NCBI GenBank assembly: GCA_964016885.1
Contig: OZ024744.1
Span: 57,412,001 to 57,476,000, forward strand
DNA: 64,000 nucleotides
Origin: Eledone cirrhosa
Taxonomy: Eukaryota
Direction of reading: 5' to 3'
The notes beneath the pieces were generated by a model that saw only the letters and a list, made by a program, of their open reading frames with translations, was not told the DNA's origin and searched no databases. The position numbers and the translations under genes were made by a program. Shown here piece after piece: positions 22,106-38,867 of the stretch. Numbering within the stretch: position 1 is the stretch's first letter; each line of letters starts with the position of its first letter.

Positions 22106-22979
22106 AGCCTATGAACTGTATTGCAGATTGCGATTATAAGTGGTGGAAATTATGGCCCCAGCCTCTCATCTCACTTTTGGCCTGCTGTGCTTCTTCTCCA
22201 GGACGTAATTACCATTTTGAATCCTTGAGTTTGAAACCCATGTTCTAAACCAAATACACATACATACATACACACTCAATCATTCTACTGTCATTTTCCT
22301 TGCCAACCATTTTAGTCACTTCTTAGAACGCGTAATATTATTCTAATACTAAAGACAAATAATAATCTGTATGCAAACCTGTATTTTTAACTCACTACAT
22401 GTAAATGTGTTTGTGTAATTCGACTAAAGGCATAACTTGCCTCTACCTACTTTGTTGTGCCCTTATGTGCACTGGAATGGATGGTATCAACTTTAATGCA
22501 TTAAACTGTAGTGATTTCCAGAGGTTGACCGAGGAGATGGGACTGTTCGTCTATCTGTTGTCCTTTCTATTGTCTTTGTCTTGTGCACCCCTATTTTGAT
22601 ATATATATTTGCTTAATTAGGCAAGACAATATTGCTTCATTGAAACATCTCTCATTAATCTTCCCTTCTTTGTAGCATATGTGAGAAGTGGTTTGATTTA
22701 TAGGAGTGAAACCTGGGTGATGGACAGGGAGAAACAGAGAAGGCTTGAAAGAACAGGAATGAGAATGGTTTGATAGATGACTGGAGTATTGCTGTGAGAG
22801 AGGAAAACAAACATGATTGGCCTACCACTACCTCCAGTTCTACAATTAGCTGATCAAATATATCTTAATGGTATATATTAAGGGGCTGGCCGTCAAAGAA
22901 ACATCACTACACTTTCGGCCGGTCCCCTGTGTGAAATATGTATAACGGAGTTTTAAATAAACTGACTATGGCCTCCGAT

Positions 22980-23112
<133 letters not shown>

Positions 23113-23162
23113 CATATATATAATATATATATATTATATATATATATATATATGTATAATAT

Positions 23163-24535
23163 ATAAGAACAAAAGATGGTTAAAAGAGTTCAATGTATTT
23201 TATTATGCGCATTTCAAAAACAAATATCATCATGCAATAATATTTGTGTTTTCATCAGATAAAACAGGAAGACATGATATGAAGGTTAAAAAACACTTGT
23301 GGATAGTTCAGTTTTAAATCAACATATGAGAAGTAGTTTTAGATTGATGTGTGATATTGGGAAAAATATTTTATTTAGAGGGGGGGGTGAAAAAGAGGAG
23401 GAGATGAGAGTAAAAAGTGGAGAGGGAGGAGTATAATGAGGAAGGATGAGATAGGAGGAGAGATGGGTGATAGAGAGAGAGAGATAGCTTTTATAACTGA
23501 GAAAGATATATTGTTTTACATAGAGAGGTTGAAAACCGTTGGAAGATAATGTATAAATTAAAAGAATTTGAAAATTAACGAAGAGAAACATAATGTAAAG
23601 TTAAGGTTTGTATATTGAGGAGTTTGATAATATGTGCGATGAAAAAGAAAATGTTAATATGTATTGAGAATAATATTTAAGGGTTTAATAATATGTGCGA
23701 TGTTAAGAAAATGTTGATATGTATTATTAAAAGGAACAACAGGTTATTTAAGTAAGGAAATATTGTGAGATGAGCATGAATGAGTTAGATGAAAGGGAGA
23801 AAAGAATAATGAATTAAGGATGAATAATCTAACGTCAAAAAAATGTATATGTTTACGAAGGATTTTTACAAGGTGATATAGAGTAATAATGTATTGTATT
23901 ATGTAATAATTGATTCTATGTTAGGCAAGAGTGAGAAAGGGTACCGACTAGGGGTTAGACATTAAAAGAAGAAGAGAAGAAAGGGAAGTGATAAATAGGA
24001 GCGATGTAGAATGAGTAACAAGTATTATAGAATGTATAATAACCTTTGAAATAAGGTAGAAAGATGGGTATATTTTTAAAAGAAGTGTATATATATATAT
24101 ATATGTGCCTTTGAGAAAAAGATTCTAAATTGATAAAGAATTGAATATTAGCTGTATACTTTGTGAAATGTTTTATGGAATGTATGCAAGCAGATAGAAA
24201 ACAAGTCAGTGCGTCTATTTATTATAGAATCTAAATTAGAAATAATGGTAAATTTTTCATTTAGACAGAGATTGCAAATTTTGGATAGAGAACTGTTCAA
24301 GTATAGAGACGCAGAAGAAACCTTCTTCCAAAAGATGCTATATTTAATATTTTTGTCTTTCAAGGACCATATGAGTTCTGAGAGAGCCGTGTTGGTTCTT
24401 TTAAGTTTGTATTTAAAAGACGAATGATGGTTATAAAGACGAGCTTTAAAAGAGGTGGAAGTGGAGCCAAAATAGGTGAAGGAATTGGTGTCAGTTATAA
24501 CTTTACATTCGTAAATTAAGTTTTTATCAAGACAT
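23163..24535 (-). mobile_element. Penelope-like element 3' fragment: GIY-YIG endonuclease, long 3' UTR, family C hammerhead
   Basis: Manual translation 24534-24148: [12 protein letters not shown]...TYFGSTSTSFKARLYNHHSSF...TALSELIWSLKDKNIKYSIFW...CNLCLNEK...INRRTDLFSICLH; both ends in (TA)n. Confidence 0.88.
23198..23264 (-). ncRNA. Minimal type I hammerhead ribozyme (family C)
   Basis: Minus strand: TTTTAT-CTGATGA-AAACACAAATATTAT..ATGATATTTGTTTTT-GAAA-TGCGCA-TA^ATAAAA. Confidence 0.85.
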
Positions 24536-24562
24536 ATATATGTATATATATATTTATATATA

Positions 24563-24653
<91 letters not shown>

Positions 24654-24769
24654 CATATATATATACATATGCATATATTCATATATACATATACATATAT
24701 TCATATATATATATATATATACATACATATATATATACATATGCATATAATCATATATACATATATATA

Positions 24770-25432
<663 letters not shown>

Positions 25433-25527
25433 TATGTATATATATGTGAAAATGTATATAAATAAGTAAATATATATATATGTTTGATGTGTATAGTTAG
25501 ATGTAAGTGTATTCATGTATTAAAGTG

Positions 25528-25574
<47 letters not shown>

Positions 25575-26130
25575 GTATGTGTATGTAGATGTGTATGTAT
25601 GTGTATGTGTGTACACATGGACTAGAGTATGTATGTATATATGTGTGTGTCTATACGTGTGTATATAAAGATAAGTTGAGTATGAAAATGTATACACATG
25701 AGCACGTATGTATGTACATGAATACATGTGTGTATATATATGTGTATGCATGTGTATATATATGTATGTATGAATATGTGAATTGTGAGTATATGTATTT
25801 TGTAGAGGTGTGCAAATATATTTGTGTGTGAATGCGTGGGTGAAAGGATACGTACACTTGAAAGAAAAATTTAAGTCTGAATGTTAATTAAGTGCAAACA
25901 CAAAACCAACCACGCATATCTTTACTATCTCTAATCCTTCTATAGATTTCGAAAAATAACCAATAATATATTCTATAAAAAATGTCAAAACAACAGATGG
26001 GAATCTAATTACTCACTGCCACCAAGAATTCTCACTGCTATCGAAAAACCACTCCTTCAACTATTCTTCTAACAACTTCACCCCTCCCTCCTAATATTCT
26101 CTATAAAAACTAAATAGGTCCTCAGTAATA

Positions 26131-26250
26131 TTATTCTGATGAAATGACAGTAAATAATAACATTCAAATATTGAATGTCTGCATAACTAAAAGTTTGTAG
26201 ATAGCAGCTGTTTTAGGTTATGTAACTGTTATAGAAACACGTGTCAATAA
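26131..26250 (+). ncRNA. Type I hammerhead ribozyme with ~90-nt stem-loop II (family E)
   Basis: TTATT-CTGATGA-AATGACAGT...ACTGTTATA-GAAA-CACGTG-TC^AATAA; GUC site after 26245. Confidence 0.75.
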
Positions 26251-26284
26251 ATTCCTTTCAACTAAACTGTATCCATTCAAATCT

Positions 26285-28150
<1,866 letters not shown>

Positions 28151-28158
28151 ATACATAC

Positions 28159-28245
<87 letters not shown>

Positions 28246-28347
28246 CACACATACATACACACACACATACATACACACACACATACATATACATACACAC
28301 ATACACACACACACACATATATATACACATACACACACATATATATA

Positions 28348-29049
28348 TCATTTCTGCGCAGTTCGCAATATGGCTGCTCAAGAGGATTTTTCTTGTGTTA
28401 GCGTCCCGGATTTGTTGGCGGTGGATGGTCATTCTTTTGCGTAATGAGGTGCCCGTCTGTCCTATGTAATTGTGTTTGCACCCACCGCAAGTTATTGCGT
28501 AAATCAAGTTCTCCGAGTTGAAAAATGAAGTCTATTCTAGAAACACACAAGATCCTTAAAAGTAAAAGACAACCCAAATCACTAAAACGCATTCTCACTG
28601 GACCAAATATACCCAAACCAATCCTCAACCCTACAGTTACCAAATGTGGTAGAACAAACTGTGGAACGTGCCTCTACCTCACTGAAGGACAAACATTTAC
28701 ATTTAAAGATGGCCAAACATTTACAGTAAAAAACAATTTCACCTGCAACTCGGAGAACTTGATTTACGCAATAACTTGCGGTGGGTGCAAACACAACTAC
28801 ATAGGACAGACGGGCACCTCATTACGCAAAAGAATGACCATCCACCGCCAACAAATCCGGGACGCTAACACAAGAAAAATCTCCTTGAGCAGCCATATTG
28901 CGAACTGCGCAGGAATGACACTACCCAACTTTAAAATCTTCCCCTTCTACAAGTGCTCAGATTCGTTCACACAGCAACAAAGAATAAACAAAGAAAATCT
29001 ATTCCTTAACAAATTTAAACCAAAACTAAACGGGTTATCACCCCAATAG
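28348..29049 (+). mobile_element. Penelope-like (Neptune-type) GIY-YIG fragment with 5' inverted duplication
   Basis: ORF 28525-29049: RQPKSLKRILT...KCGRTNCGTC...[29 protein letters not shown]...E..FLNKFKPKLN; 28348-28520 is the reverse complement of ~28746-28918. Confidence 0.9.
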
Positions 29050-29501
29050 AATTGTCATAAAATATAAACACACATACGCACGGAGTGACAGATATATGTG
29101 TGTGTATGTGTGCATGTATATAATTATCACTACTATTAAAGACCAGAGACCAATTCTGTAGAATCAGGTTTATTCGTTGACAGACCATGCCTTTGTGTGA
29201 CCAACACATCCATGTTAAACCCTGCACGTGCACACACATATATCTATATATATATATGCGCACACATAATTTACCACTGTCGGTTGCGGGGCCCAATCTA
29301 CATGAAGAACTCAATGTGATCAGAATGACTTATATTTTAATTTCACTGTCCTAACTTCTTATATTATGGAAAAAATATATGTGTATGTATGTATATATAT
29401 ATATATTTGGAGGCCATTTCTCTATGTGTGTGGGTGTATGTATGTGTATGTGTGTGTGTGTGTGTATGTGTGTGCATGTGGATGTATGTATGTGTATGTA
29501 T

Positions 29502-29532
<31 letters not shown>

Positions 29533-29671
29533 GTGTATCTGGATGTATGCGTATGTGTATATATATGTGTGTGTGTGTGTATATATATGTGTGTGTATGT
29601 GTATATATGTGTGTGTGTGTGTGTATGTGTGTATGTATATGTATGTGTGTGTGTATGTGTGTATATGTATG

Positions 29672-29742
<71 letters not shown>

Positions 29743-29746
<4 letters not shown>

Positions 29747-30163
29747 AAAGTTATATTTAAAATTGTTGGGTTACAACTAGTAAATATTTATAACTGGTAT
29801 AAAAGCACTCGACAAATATTTAGAGTATATTTTCAATATTAAATAAATGGAAAACTATATTTATAAAACCATATTTATTTCATTATATATATTTCGAGGA
29901 TATCATATTAACAATATGCTATGCCTTCATCAGACAAAATACAATATAAACAGTTTTATAGACAAATAGGTTCGACATACCGTTATAACATCAACTTCAA
30001 ATGAAGTCGATGTTATAACGGTATGTCGAACCTATTTGTCTATAAAACTGTTTATATTGTATGTTGTCTGATGAAGGCATAGCATATTGTTAATATGATA
30101 TCCTCGAAATATATATAATGAAATAAATATGGTTTTATAAATATAGTTTTCCATTTATTTAAT

Positions 30164-30167
<4 letters not shown>
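29743..30167. mobile_element. Palindromic HHR family G element (hammerheads 29877-29940 minus, 30062-30125 plus)
   Basis: ~165-bp arms centred at ~30000. Plus strand: TTGT-CTGATGA-AGG..CATATTG(T)TAATATG..CCTC-GAAA-TATATA-TA^ATGA. Confidence 0.85.
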
Positions 30168-30204
<37 letters not shown>

Positions 30205-30208
<4 letters not shown>

Positions 30209-30720
30209 GTATGTATATGTATATGTATATGTGTGTGGATGAGGGTATGTGTGTATATATAGGTGTAAGTGCACTAAATCCCTTTCTATCACTCTCCCCT
30301 CTCCTACCGACCACAGGGAGATATATGTATGTATATTGCTTCCACCCCCTCACTGACCAGCAGCTGGCCATCTGGCCATTGCTAAATCTGACCTTTATAA
30401 AATAACCCACTCCCCCAAATAACACCTCATTCACTACCAGAAAGGCACACAGCAGTCAACTTGCTGCTACCAAGATGAAAACTACTATGAAATCCCACAC
30501 TGAATTTTATACTTGAATTTTCAAATCTCAAATTTTAACTCTTCTTATTATTAATTTTCTTAATATTAATCAACATTTGAAAAGATGGCTTTTGCAGACC
30601 CATCGAAACCGGTCATTTTTTATACCCTTTATTATTTCCTTACCTTATAAAATTATATGTTTTTTCACAAAAAAGTATTCTGTCTCTTATATATTCCATG
30701 TGCCATTACCAACCTCAATT
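30205..30720 (+). mobile_element. Family F element, right inverted copy
   Basis: Mirror of 27648-28150. Confidence 0.85.
30572..30619 (+). ncRNA. Hammerhead ribozyme, U3-A8 core variant (family F)
   Basis: AACAT-TTGAAAA-GATGG(11 nt)CCATC-GAAA-CCGG-TC^ATTTT. Confidence 0.68.
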
Positions 30721-30757
30721 TTCTCTATAACCTTCGTTTTGTGTAGAAACTTACACT

Positions 30758-31293
<536 letters not shown>

Positions 31294-31302
31294 ATATATA
31301 CA

Positions 31303-31366
<64 letters not shown>

Positions 31367-31393
31367 TGTATTATTTATATATATATATATGTA

Positions 31394-31458
<65 letters not shown>

Positions 31459-31463
<5 letters not shown>

Positions 31464-32100
31464 AGAAAACTTGTATAGATTAGAAATAAATGAAGCCTGC
31501 ATGCTCCGATGGATGTGTAATATACGCAAACGGCAAAGTATAAACGAATTGAGAGAGAGACTGAGCATAAGAGCAATCAAATGCTGTGTGCAGGAGAGGC
31601 GGTTGCGTTGGTATGGATATGTGATGTGTATGAAGGATGACAGCTGCATAAAAGGGGCAGAGCACTAGAAGTCGATGGAAGCCGACCTTACCCAATTACA
31701 CCTCTCAAAGACGATGACACATGACCGTGACCTCTGATGTCACGCAGTAATACACAAGACCCCCCCCCCCCTACGGGTACAAGCCGAAACTGAAGCATAT
31801 AGACAATCTTCCCCATCCCCTCCCACTGCAAAGTGGTCGTGGAGGTGCCGCGGCAAAAGACCACCCGGCCCACACTGTAAAGTGGACATGTAGGCCCCAC
31901 GGAAAAAAAGCACCCAGCACTCACTGTAAATGAGGTTGGTGTTAGGAAGGGCATCCAGCTGTAGAAATCAAGCCAGAATCAGTTCCCATATGAGCAAGAC
32001 AAGGTCAGCTGACCAGACACTGCCCACAACAGGACAACCCGTCTAACCCATGCTAGCGTGGAAGAACGGACGTAAAACGGTGATGATGATGATGATGATG
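31459..32100 (+). mobile_element. RTE-clade LINE 3' fragment
   Basis: [15 protein letters not shown]...[11 protein letters not shown]...[20 protein letters not shown]; (GAT)n tail. Confidence 0.9.
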
Positions 32101-32120
32101 ATATATATATTTATATATAA

Positions 32121-32664
32121 TCTATATATATAAAACTGAGGATGTCTGTCTGTCTGTGTGTGAGTTTGAATCCCTAAAACTAGAGAAGCACCTAACCGAC
32201 TGTTGTAAAACTTTACACATGTACTACTTATGTTTCAGGGAGTGTTCTGAGCAAAATAAATTTCAAATTTTCTATGCCTTAGGGGCCACATTAGGCGATT
32301 TAGCGATCTCTCTCTGTCGCGCCCTTATAATATCAGTCTGTATGTCTGGCTGTCTGCATTACGTCACTTCCTCCAATTCGCTCTGCGTCCAGAACGCGCC
32401 CTTATAATATATGCCTGTATGTCTGGCTGTCTGCTGACTCCGGTTATTCTGCCACCCTTGCTCAAGACAAATCTCACACTCATTCCCCAAACAGTTGGTA
32501 CGTGCACACAACTTCCTCATGTTTTAAGCCACAGTGTTGCTTACTTATGTACCACCAGACCCTTACTTCTTTGCCAGCCGTGGTTGTGGTAATACTAAGC
32601 TTAGCTAAGGCAGTTATATATTTCACAATACCTTATCTCGTGCAACGCCGGGTACCACTGCTAG
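32121..32664 (+). mobile_element. Non-autonomous Helitron
   Basis: Starts TCTATATA after an A, ends CGTGCAACGCCGGG..CTAG before a T, no TSD; ends shared with 56589-57458. Confidence 0.85.
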
Positions 32665-32968
32665 TCTTTCATATATATATATGAGAATATATATATAAAC
32701 ACTCATGAACAGCTGAAGCAATTTTCAAAAGCTTTACTCTCTACAGTCTCTGTCACTACAAAAAATAATAAATAAAAAATAGCCCATGTACCCAAACACA
32801 AACATTACAATAACATCCTAAAAACAGAATCTTTCTCTTCAGGGCCAGATAACGATAAAAAAGTACATCTATGTTGCAGACATATTTGTTGTCAGGCTTA
32901 ATGATTAAATATCTTAATTAGATGGATGAAAATTGCATTGCCTAGGATCGTGTGTCTATCTTACACTA

Positions 32969-33203
<235 letters not shown>

Positions 33204-34762
33204 CACACATACATATATACACACATATAATAAATATTTATGCTAGAACACAATACATTTGAAGGTTTAGGGAAAAGTTGAGGTAGCTAATAACTCCTAA
33301 TTTTTATCTTTCTAAATTATAAGCCTTTTCAGTGAAAACTGTGAAGTGTAAACACTTTCTACTATTCCTCCATATGCAGAAATACATCAGAGGTCATTCT
33401 TATCTCAACATTTCAGATGCTATTGCATTTTCATCTATGAAAAGCTACCTTTGTTAGGCTGTGTATGAAGGAATATTGTCTTAGCAATATGTTATACAGA
33501 AAATAGCAATATGTTATACAGAAAATAGCAAATACTCGACATGGATGTGCATCCATTTGGGGACATAGTTAAAAGACTAAAGAATATTTATACTAGAACA
33601 TACCTTATATTTGGATGTTTAGGATAAAATTATGGATGGCCTTTTAGCCACAATTTGAGCTCAAATGTCAGGGTTGTATTAACAATTAAGAAAATAAGCA
33701 CATGCTTAGTTTTCAAACCGGCCAAAACCGGCCAGAATTCTCTACCTCTTTCTGTTGAAACTGGCTGTAACTGGTCGCTCAAACTGAAGGTATTGTTCTC
33801 TAAATAAATACTTTCAAAATCTCATAGATTCGATATTATATGAGATAATTATGTGAGATAAAGCCTTTACCATGAAAATATAATAGTATATATGAAATAA
33901 TGTGAATGCTAAAGGGTTAAGGCATCAATGGAACAGGGGCACCATTTTATTCAAATTAATTGTATTCGCCACTCTTCCCCCAAACGGGGTAAGGGGTTGC
34001 AGACTTTAGATATATGAGGTACCATAATATTTTAAGTGCTTAGAGCCTCAAAAAACTTAATCCGGATCTGTCTTCAGAATTAGAAGAAAAAGGAAAAAAA
34101 CACTTATGGAAGGGAATGCAACAACATGTGATATATGAACCACAGTTGATAAAGGTGTCACAACTTTTACACTTTTATATGTTAACTCAGCTAACTCCTC
34201 AATAGATATAGGGATGATGAAGTCCGTTTGATACCCTAGGCACTTAATTGATTATGGGGACCCCTTACTCCATATGTAAAATATTCTTGCTCGATATATG
34301 TTAATGAGTACCGCCGGCTAAACCAGACATGCAAAACCTTTTTTTAAATGTCAAACACAGTTAATTTTAATAAAATCGTGCCCCACTTTCCTTGATTCCT
34401 TGACGATTAATTTGACCCTGGGTAGATGTGAAAATCAATTGTGCATTTGAAGGAAGTCACTTTAGATAAAGGTTGCTTAAAATTGTCAGTTTTGAGTGAG
34501 TTGCTCCCTAAAAACTACTTCATTCATTGAAAAGACTAAGAGAATGTTTTTTAATCACTCTGTAGTGAGAAAGTTTTGTAACCACTGCTGTTGTGAAACA
34601 GAAATATGTTTGATGAGCTAGCGTGGAAGATAGACATGAAACGATGATGATGATGATGATGATGATGATGAGCTCTGTTTTCATTATTTCATATAACATT
34701 GTATTTAGTGGAGTTGTTGCCAAATATGTATAATGTACAGTCCATCATATATATATATATAT

Positions 34763-34949
34763 TAGTTATGTAATAAACAACATAAGATAATTATTTCATT
34801 TACCAGTGGTTTCTTGAAAGCAAACAAATCTGCTTTCAGTCATCAGAATGAAAAAATCCTGGATTTTTTTCATTCTGACGACTGAAAGCAGATTTGTTTG
34901 CTTTCAAGAAACCACTGGTAAATGAAATAATTATCTTATGTTGTTTATT
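34763..34949. mobile_element. Palindromic HHR family H element (hammerheads 34794-34853 minus, 34868-34927 plus)
   Basis: Centre ATCCTGGAT at ~34860. Plus strand: TTTCATT-CTGACGA-CTGAAAGCAGA(TTTG)TTTGCTTTCAA-GAAA-CC(ACT)GG-TA^AATGAAA; 7-bp stem I. Confidence 0.9.
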
Positions 34950-35392
34950 CACGGACAGGCTCAGCTGACAGCACATCCGTGCCTGTAGAGCTTATCCCGA
35001 ACTGGCAACACTCCACGGTAGCACTGCCAGGCCAGAGATTTCTGGAAGTTGTCCATAGGCCCCGGTCTGAAAGTTCTCTTGAAGAGAGCGAACAGATGAT
35101 CGTCTTCGACGCCCAGGGTCTCCCCGAGAATGTCGTCGCTCTTCCCCTCCACTAGCCCTCTATAGAACGCCGAAGTGGATGTTCCACCGATATCAGTGCC
35201 CAGCTGGTAGAGTGCGGTGAGCGCTTGGGGACATTCCAGCTTCCAAACACTATCCCTCGGTCTTTTTCTGATCCAGGACTGCAGCTCCGTCAAGGAGATG
35301 AGCTAGGGAAAAGCGTGTCTGGCAAATGGCGACCACACCTGTTCACCGTCAAGGAAGCACCAGAGATGTCGCAACCCAGCGTATGTTTGCAC
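34950..35392 (-). mobile_element. Internal L1/Tx1 ORF2 fragment
   Basis: Homologous to 5600-5878 and to window positions 1-100; translates ...STSAFYRGLVEGKSDD...WQCYRGVLPVRDKLYRHG. Confidence 0.9.
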
Positions 35393-36031
35393 GGTTACTG
35401 ATAATAGTAGTAGTGGTGGTAGTAGTCGTAGTTGTAAAGCTGAGTAGATGAATGGGTAAAATAGTAATGACAGTAATAATAACATGAAAATAATTTTTGG
35501 AAAGACGATATATGATAGGCGAAATGTTGGTTTTTCGTAGACTGGTGTATTGGTGCCATTCTAATATAGTGGACTGAGTTCACGAATTGGCGAAATAAAA
35601 AGTGATAAAAAAATAATAAAATAAAAAATAAAAAGTAAAAGATAAAGAATAGAAGATAAAAATAAAGAATAAAGAATAAGGAGAAGAAAACAGAAAATAA
35701 AAGATAAGAATAAAAATCAGAAAACAGTAAAAAGATAATATAGAAATTAAAAAGCAAAAGCGACAATGATGACATATGGGTGATTAAGGTTAGGGTATTT
35801 TGAATGTTTTATCTTAATGGAGGTGATGTGACTATAAAAAGAAAAAAAAAGATTGAGGGATTGCCAAGATTGATTTAATGACCAGTTGGTCAACTGACAG
35901 CTAACAGCAATGAGGAGGTGTAAAGTTAGTTCGTTGGGTTGGCGTTGGTCTAATAGACATTTTAATCCAGGTGGTTTTGACTGGATACTGAGATCACTAG
36001 ATTGAATTATGCCAGTTGCAGTTTGAAGTTG

Positions 36032-36109
<78 letters not shown>

Positions 36110-36275
36110 CACACACACACATATATATATGTATATATATATATATATATGTATATATAATATAAAACGAAAAATCAGTGATGCATCTGAACTCAATTTA
36201 TTGTGTGTTACAATTATTTCACCGGCGGACAGCTCGAGACACGATCATTGTGTGAATCTGTCTGATTCTGGACGC

Positions 36276-36314
<39 letters not shown>

Positions 36315-36339
36315 TGTAATAAACAACATAAGGCAATTA

Positions 36340-36400
36340 TTTCATTTACCAGTGGTTTCTTAAAAGCAAACAAATTGTGCTTTCAATCATCAGAATGAAA
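36340..36400 (-). ncRNA. Type I hammerhead ribozyme (family H)
   Basis: Minus strand: TTTCATT-CTGATGA-TTGAAAGCA..TGCTTTTAA-GAAA-CCACTGG-TA^AATGAAA. Confidence 0.85.
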
Positions 36401-36549
36401 AAATCCTGGTGTATTTATTTGCATTGGATTTTAAAAACAAAAATATAATCTATATGAAAGTGAGGCTGGAAAAGGAAGAAGGAAAGGGAAAATAAACACA
36501 CATCCACACGCACACACACAATTATATACATTCACATATATACACACAT

Positions 36550-36589
<40 letters not shown>

Positions 36590-36785
36590 GTGTATATATA
36601 TACATACACAAACATACACACATATATCAACATATCCATACATACACATACATACAAATACACAAACAAGCATACACACACCCACACACATGCATGCATA
36701 TATATATATATATATATATAAATATATATATACATATATTTATGAAAATAAAACAAAGAAGCCTTCAATACATCAAAAGTCTTTA

Positions 36786-36828
36786 TTAGCCAACAATGTT
36801 TCGTCCTATTAAGGACTCATCAGGGCAA
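36786..36828 (-). ncRNA. Type I hammerhead ribozyme (family I)
   Basis: Minus strand: GCC-CTGATGA-GTCC(TTAATA)GGAC-GAAA-C(ATT)G-TT^GGC; canonical stem II, GUU site. Confidence 0.82.
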
Positions 36829-37016
36829 TCAAAACCACAAGAAGCACTATCGGCCAATACAAGCCGAAAAGTCCGAAGAATATGGAGTGTACATACACTA
36901 ATGTATTGGAAGATTATGGGTAAAAATATATAATAAAAATCACTAAGGAGGTGTATAACATTTTGAACCATATTACAAATATAGTCCATATATACACACA
37001 CATACATATATATACA

Positions 37017-37050
<34 letters not shown>

Positions 37051-37283
37051 CATATACATACACATACATGCATATATATATATATACACACATACATACA
37101 TACACACAATTGCACGTACACATACATACGTAAAAATAAATACATACACACACTCACGCACATACACATACATATACAATTACATATACACATACATACG
37201 CATACACATATATATATACACACACACATATACATATATACACACACACACACACATGTATACACACACACACACACTTATAT

Positions 37284-37362
<79 letters not shown>

Positions 37363-37580
37363 CATACATATCCATACATACACAAACATATACATACATA
37401 TCACAAACACATACATACAAATACAAACACACACATGTATGTGTGTAAAACTCATTCTTAGATGTATTCATATGAACTTTGTTTAACTCTAAAATATATA
37501 TATACATATATATACACATATATATACATATATATACACATATATATACCTACACACACATATACAAACACATACATATG

Positions 37581-37645
<65 letters not shown>

Positions 37646-37741
37646 GTATAAAGATTTTTTTATACAAACATACATATGTATACATACACATACATATGTA
37701 TACATACACACACACATATATCTATATATATATAAGGATTT

Positions 37742-37801
37742 TTTCATTCTGATGATTGAAAGCAAAATTTGTTTGTTTTAAGAAACCACTGGTAAACGAA
37801 A
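37742..37801 (+). ncRNA. Type I hammerhead ribozyme (family H), mirror of 36340-36400
   Basis: TTTCATT-CTGATGA-TTGAAAGCAAA..TTTGTTTTAA-GAAA-CCACTGG-TA^AACGAAA. Confidence 0.8.
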
Positions 37802-38232
37802 TAATTGCCTTATATTGTTTATTACATAACTATTAAGCTCTGTTACCTACATAGAGCACTCTTTTTCCTGGACCTTTCCGACGGAATTACTTCATTTATA
37901 AATATATATATGTGTGTGTGTGTGTGTATATATATATAAGAAAAGAGTCAGGACACCAATGGCTGAGCTCCGTCGGGGTCCTGACTCTTTCCTATTACCC
38001 ACTCTACTACCTTAAGTATTGAGTACTCTGGTGCGTTATGGTCCACCTGGTATCTTACCACGCCTTCTTTGATATATATATATATATAATTGTTTCTACT
38101 TTAGGCACAAGGCCAGCAATTTCCCAGTGCATTACTGGTACTTTATTTTATCGACCCCATAAGGATGAAAGGCAAAGTCAACCCCGGCGGGATTTGAACT
38201 CAGATCGTAAAGGGACGTAACTATGCTGGAAA

Positions 38233-38273
<41 letters not shown>

Positions 38274-38867
38274 GTACCCAGTACAGTCTGTAAAGTTTTA
38301 GTACTCGTGCCATGATAAAATACACCCAATACAATCTCTAGAGTGGCAGTGTTGGCACCATGCTAAAATGCACTCAGTACACTCTGTAAAGTGGCTGGTG
38401 TAAAGAAGGGCATCCAGCCATATAAACCATGTCAGCATCCAAAGAAGTCATAAAATAGTGAAGATGATATGTGTGTACATTTATTTGCATATATATGATT
38501 AAAATGTTCTCTCCAACATAGTTGCATTCATATAAGTATGCATAGTGTGTATATCGAATAATATATGGTATGTTTACAAATGAACATTTGAAAGCCTTTA
38601 CTATGGATTTTGGAAGTTGATGGCTAGTGCCATCTAGCAATTGCAGCAGAAGCAGGAGATCAATCGTCTCTAACTGATGGTCGTTATCAAGGCAGTGCTC
38701 CCCCTACTCTGCTCTCTGCTGGAATTCAATATAGGTGAAAATGTCATTCCTTTCTTCTGTCTTTTTAATGATGGTGGTGACAAATGACAATAATGTTAGA
38801 GTCAGTTATAATGATAATATACAACCATGGTTACAAATGGTGGCAATCAGAGGAGGACTGTTTCTAC

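Noticed and set aside
22881-22950. Hairpin AGGGGCTGGCCG..CGGCCGGTCCCCT followed by GAAA-TATGTA-TA, like a hammerhead 3' half
   Set aside because: No CTGANGA box or stem I partner upstream; at best a truncated relic.
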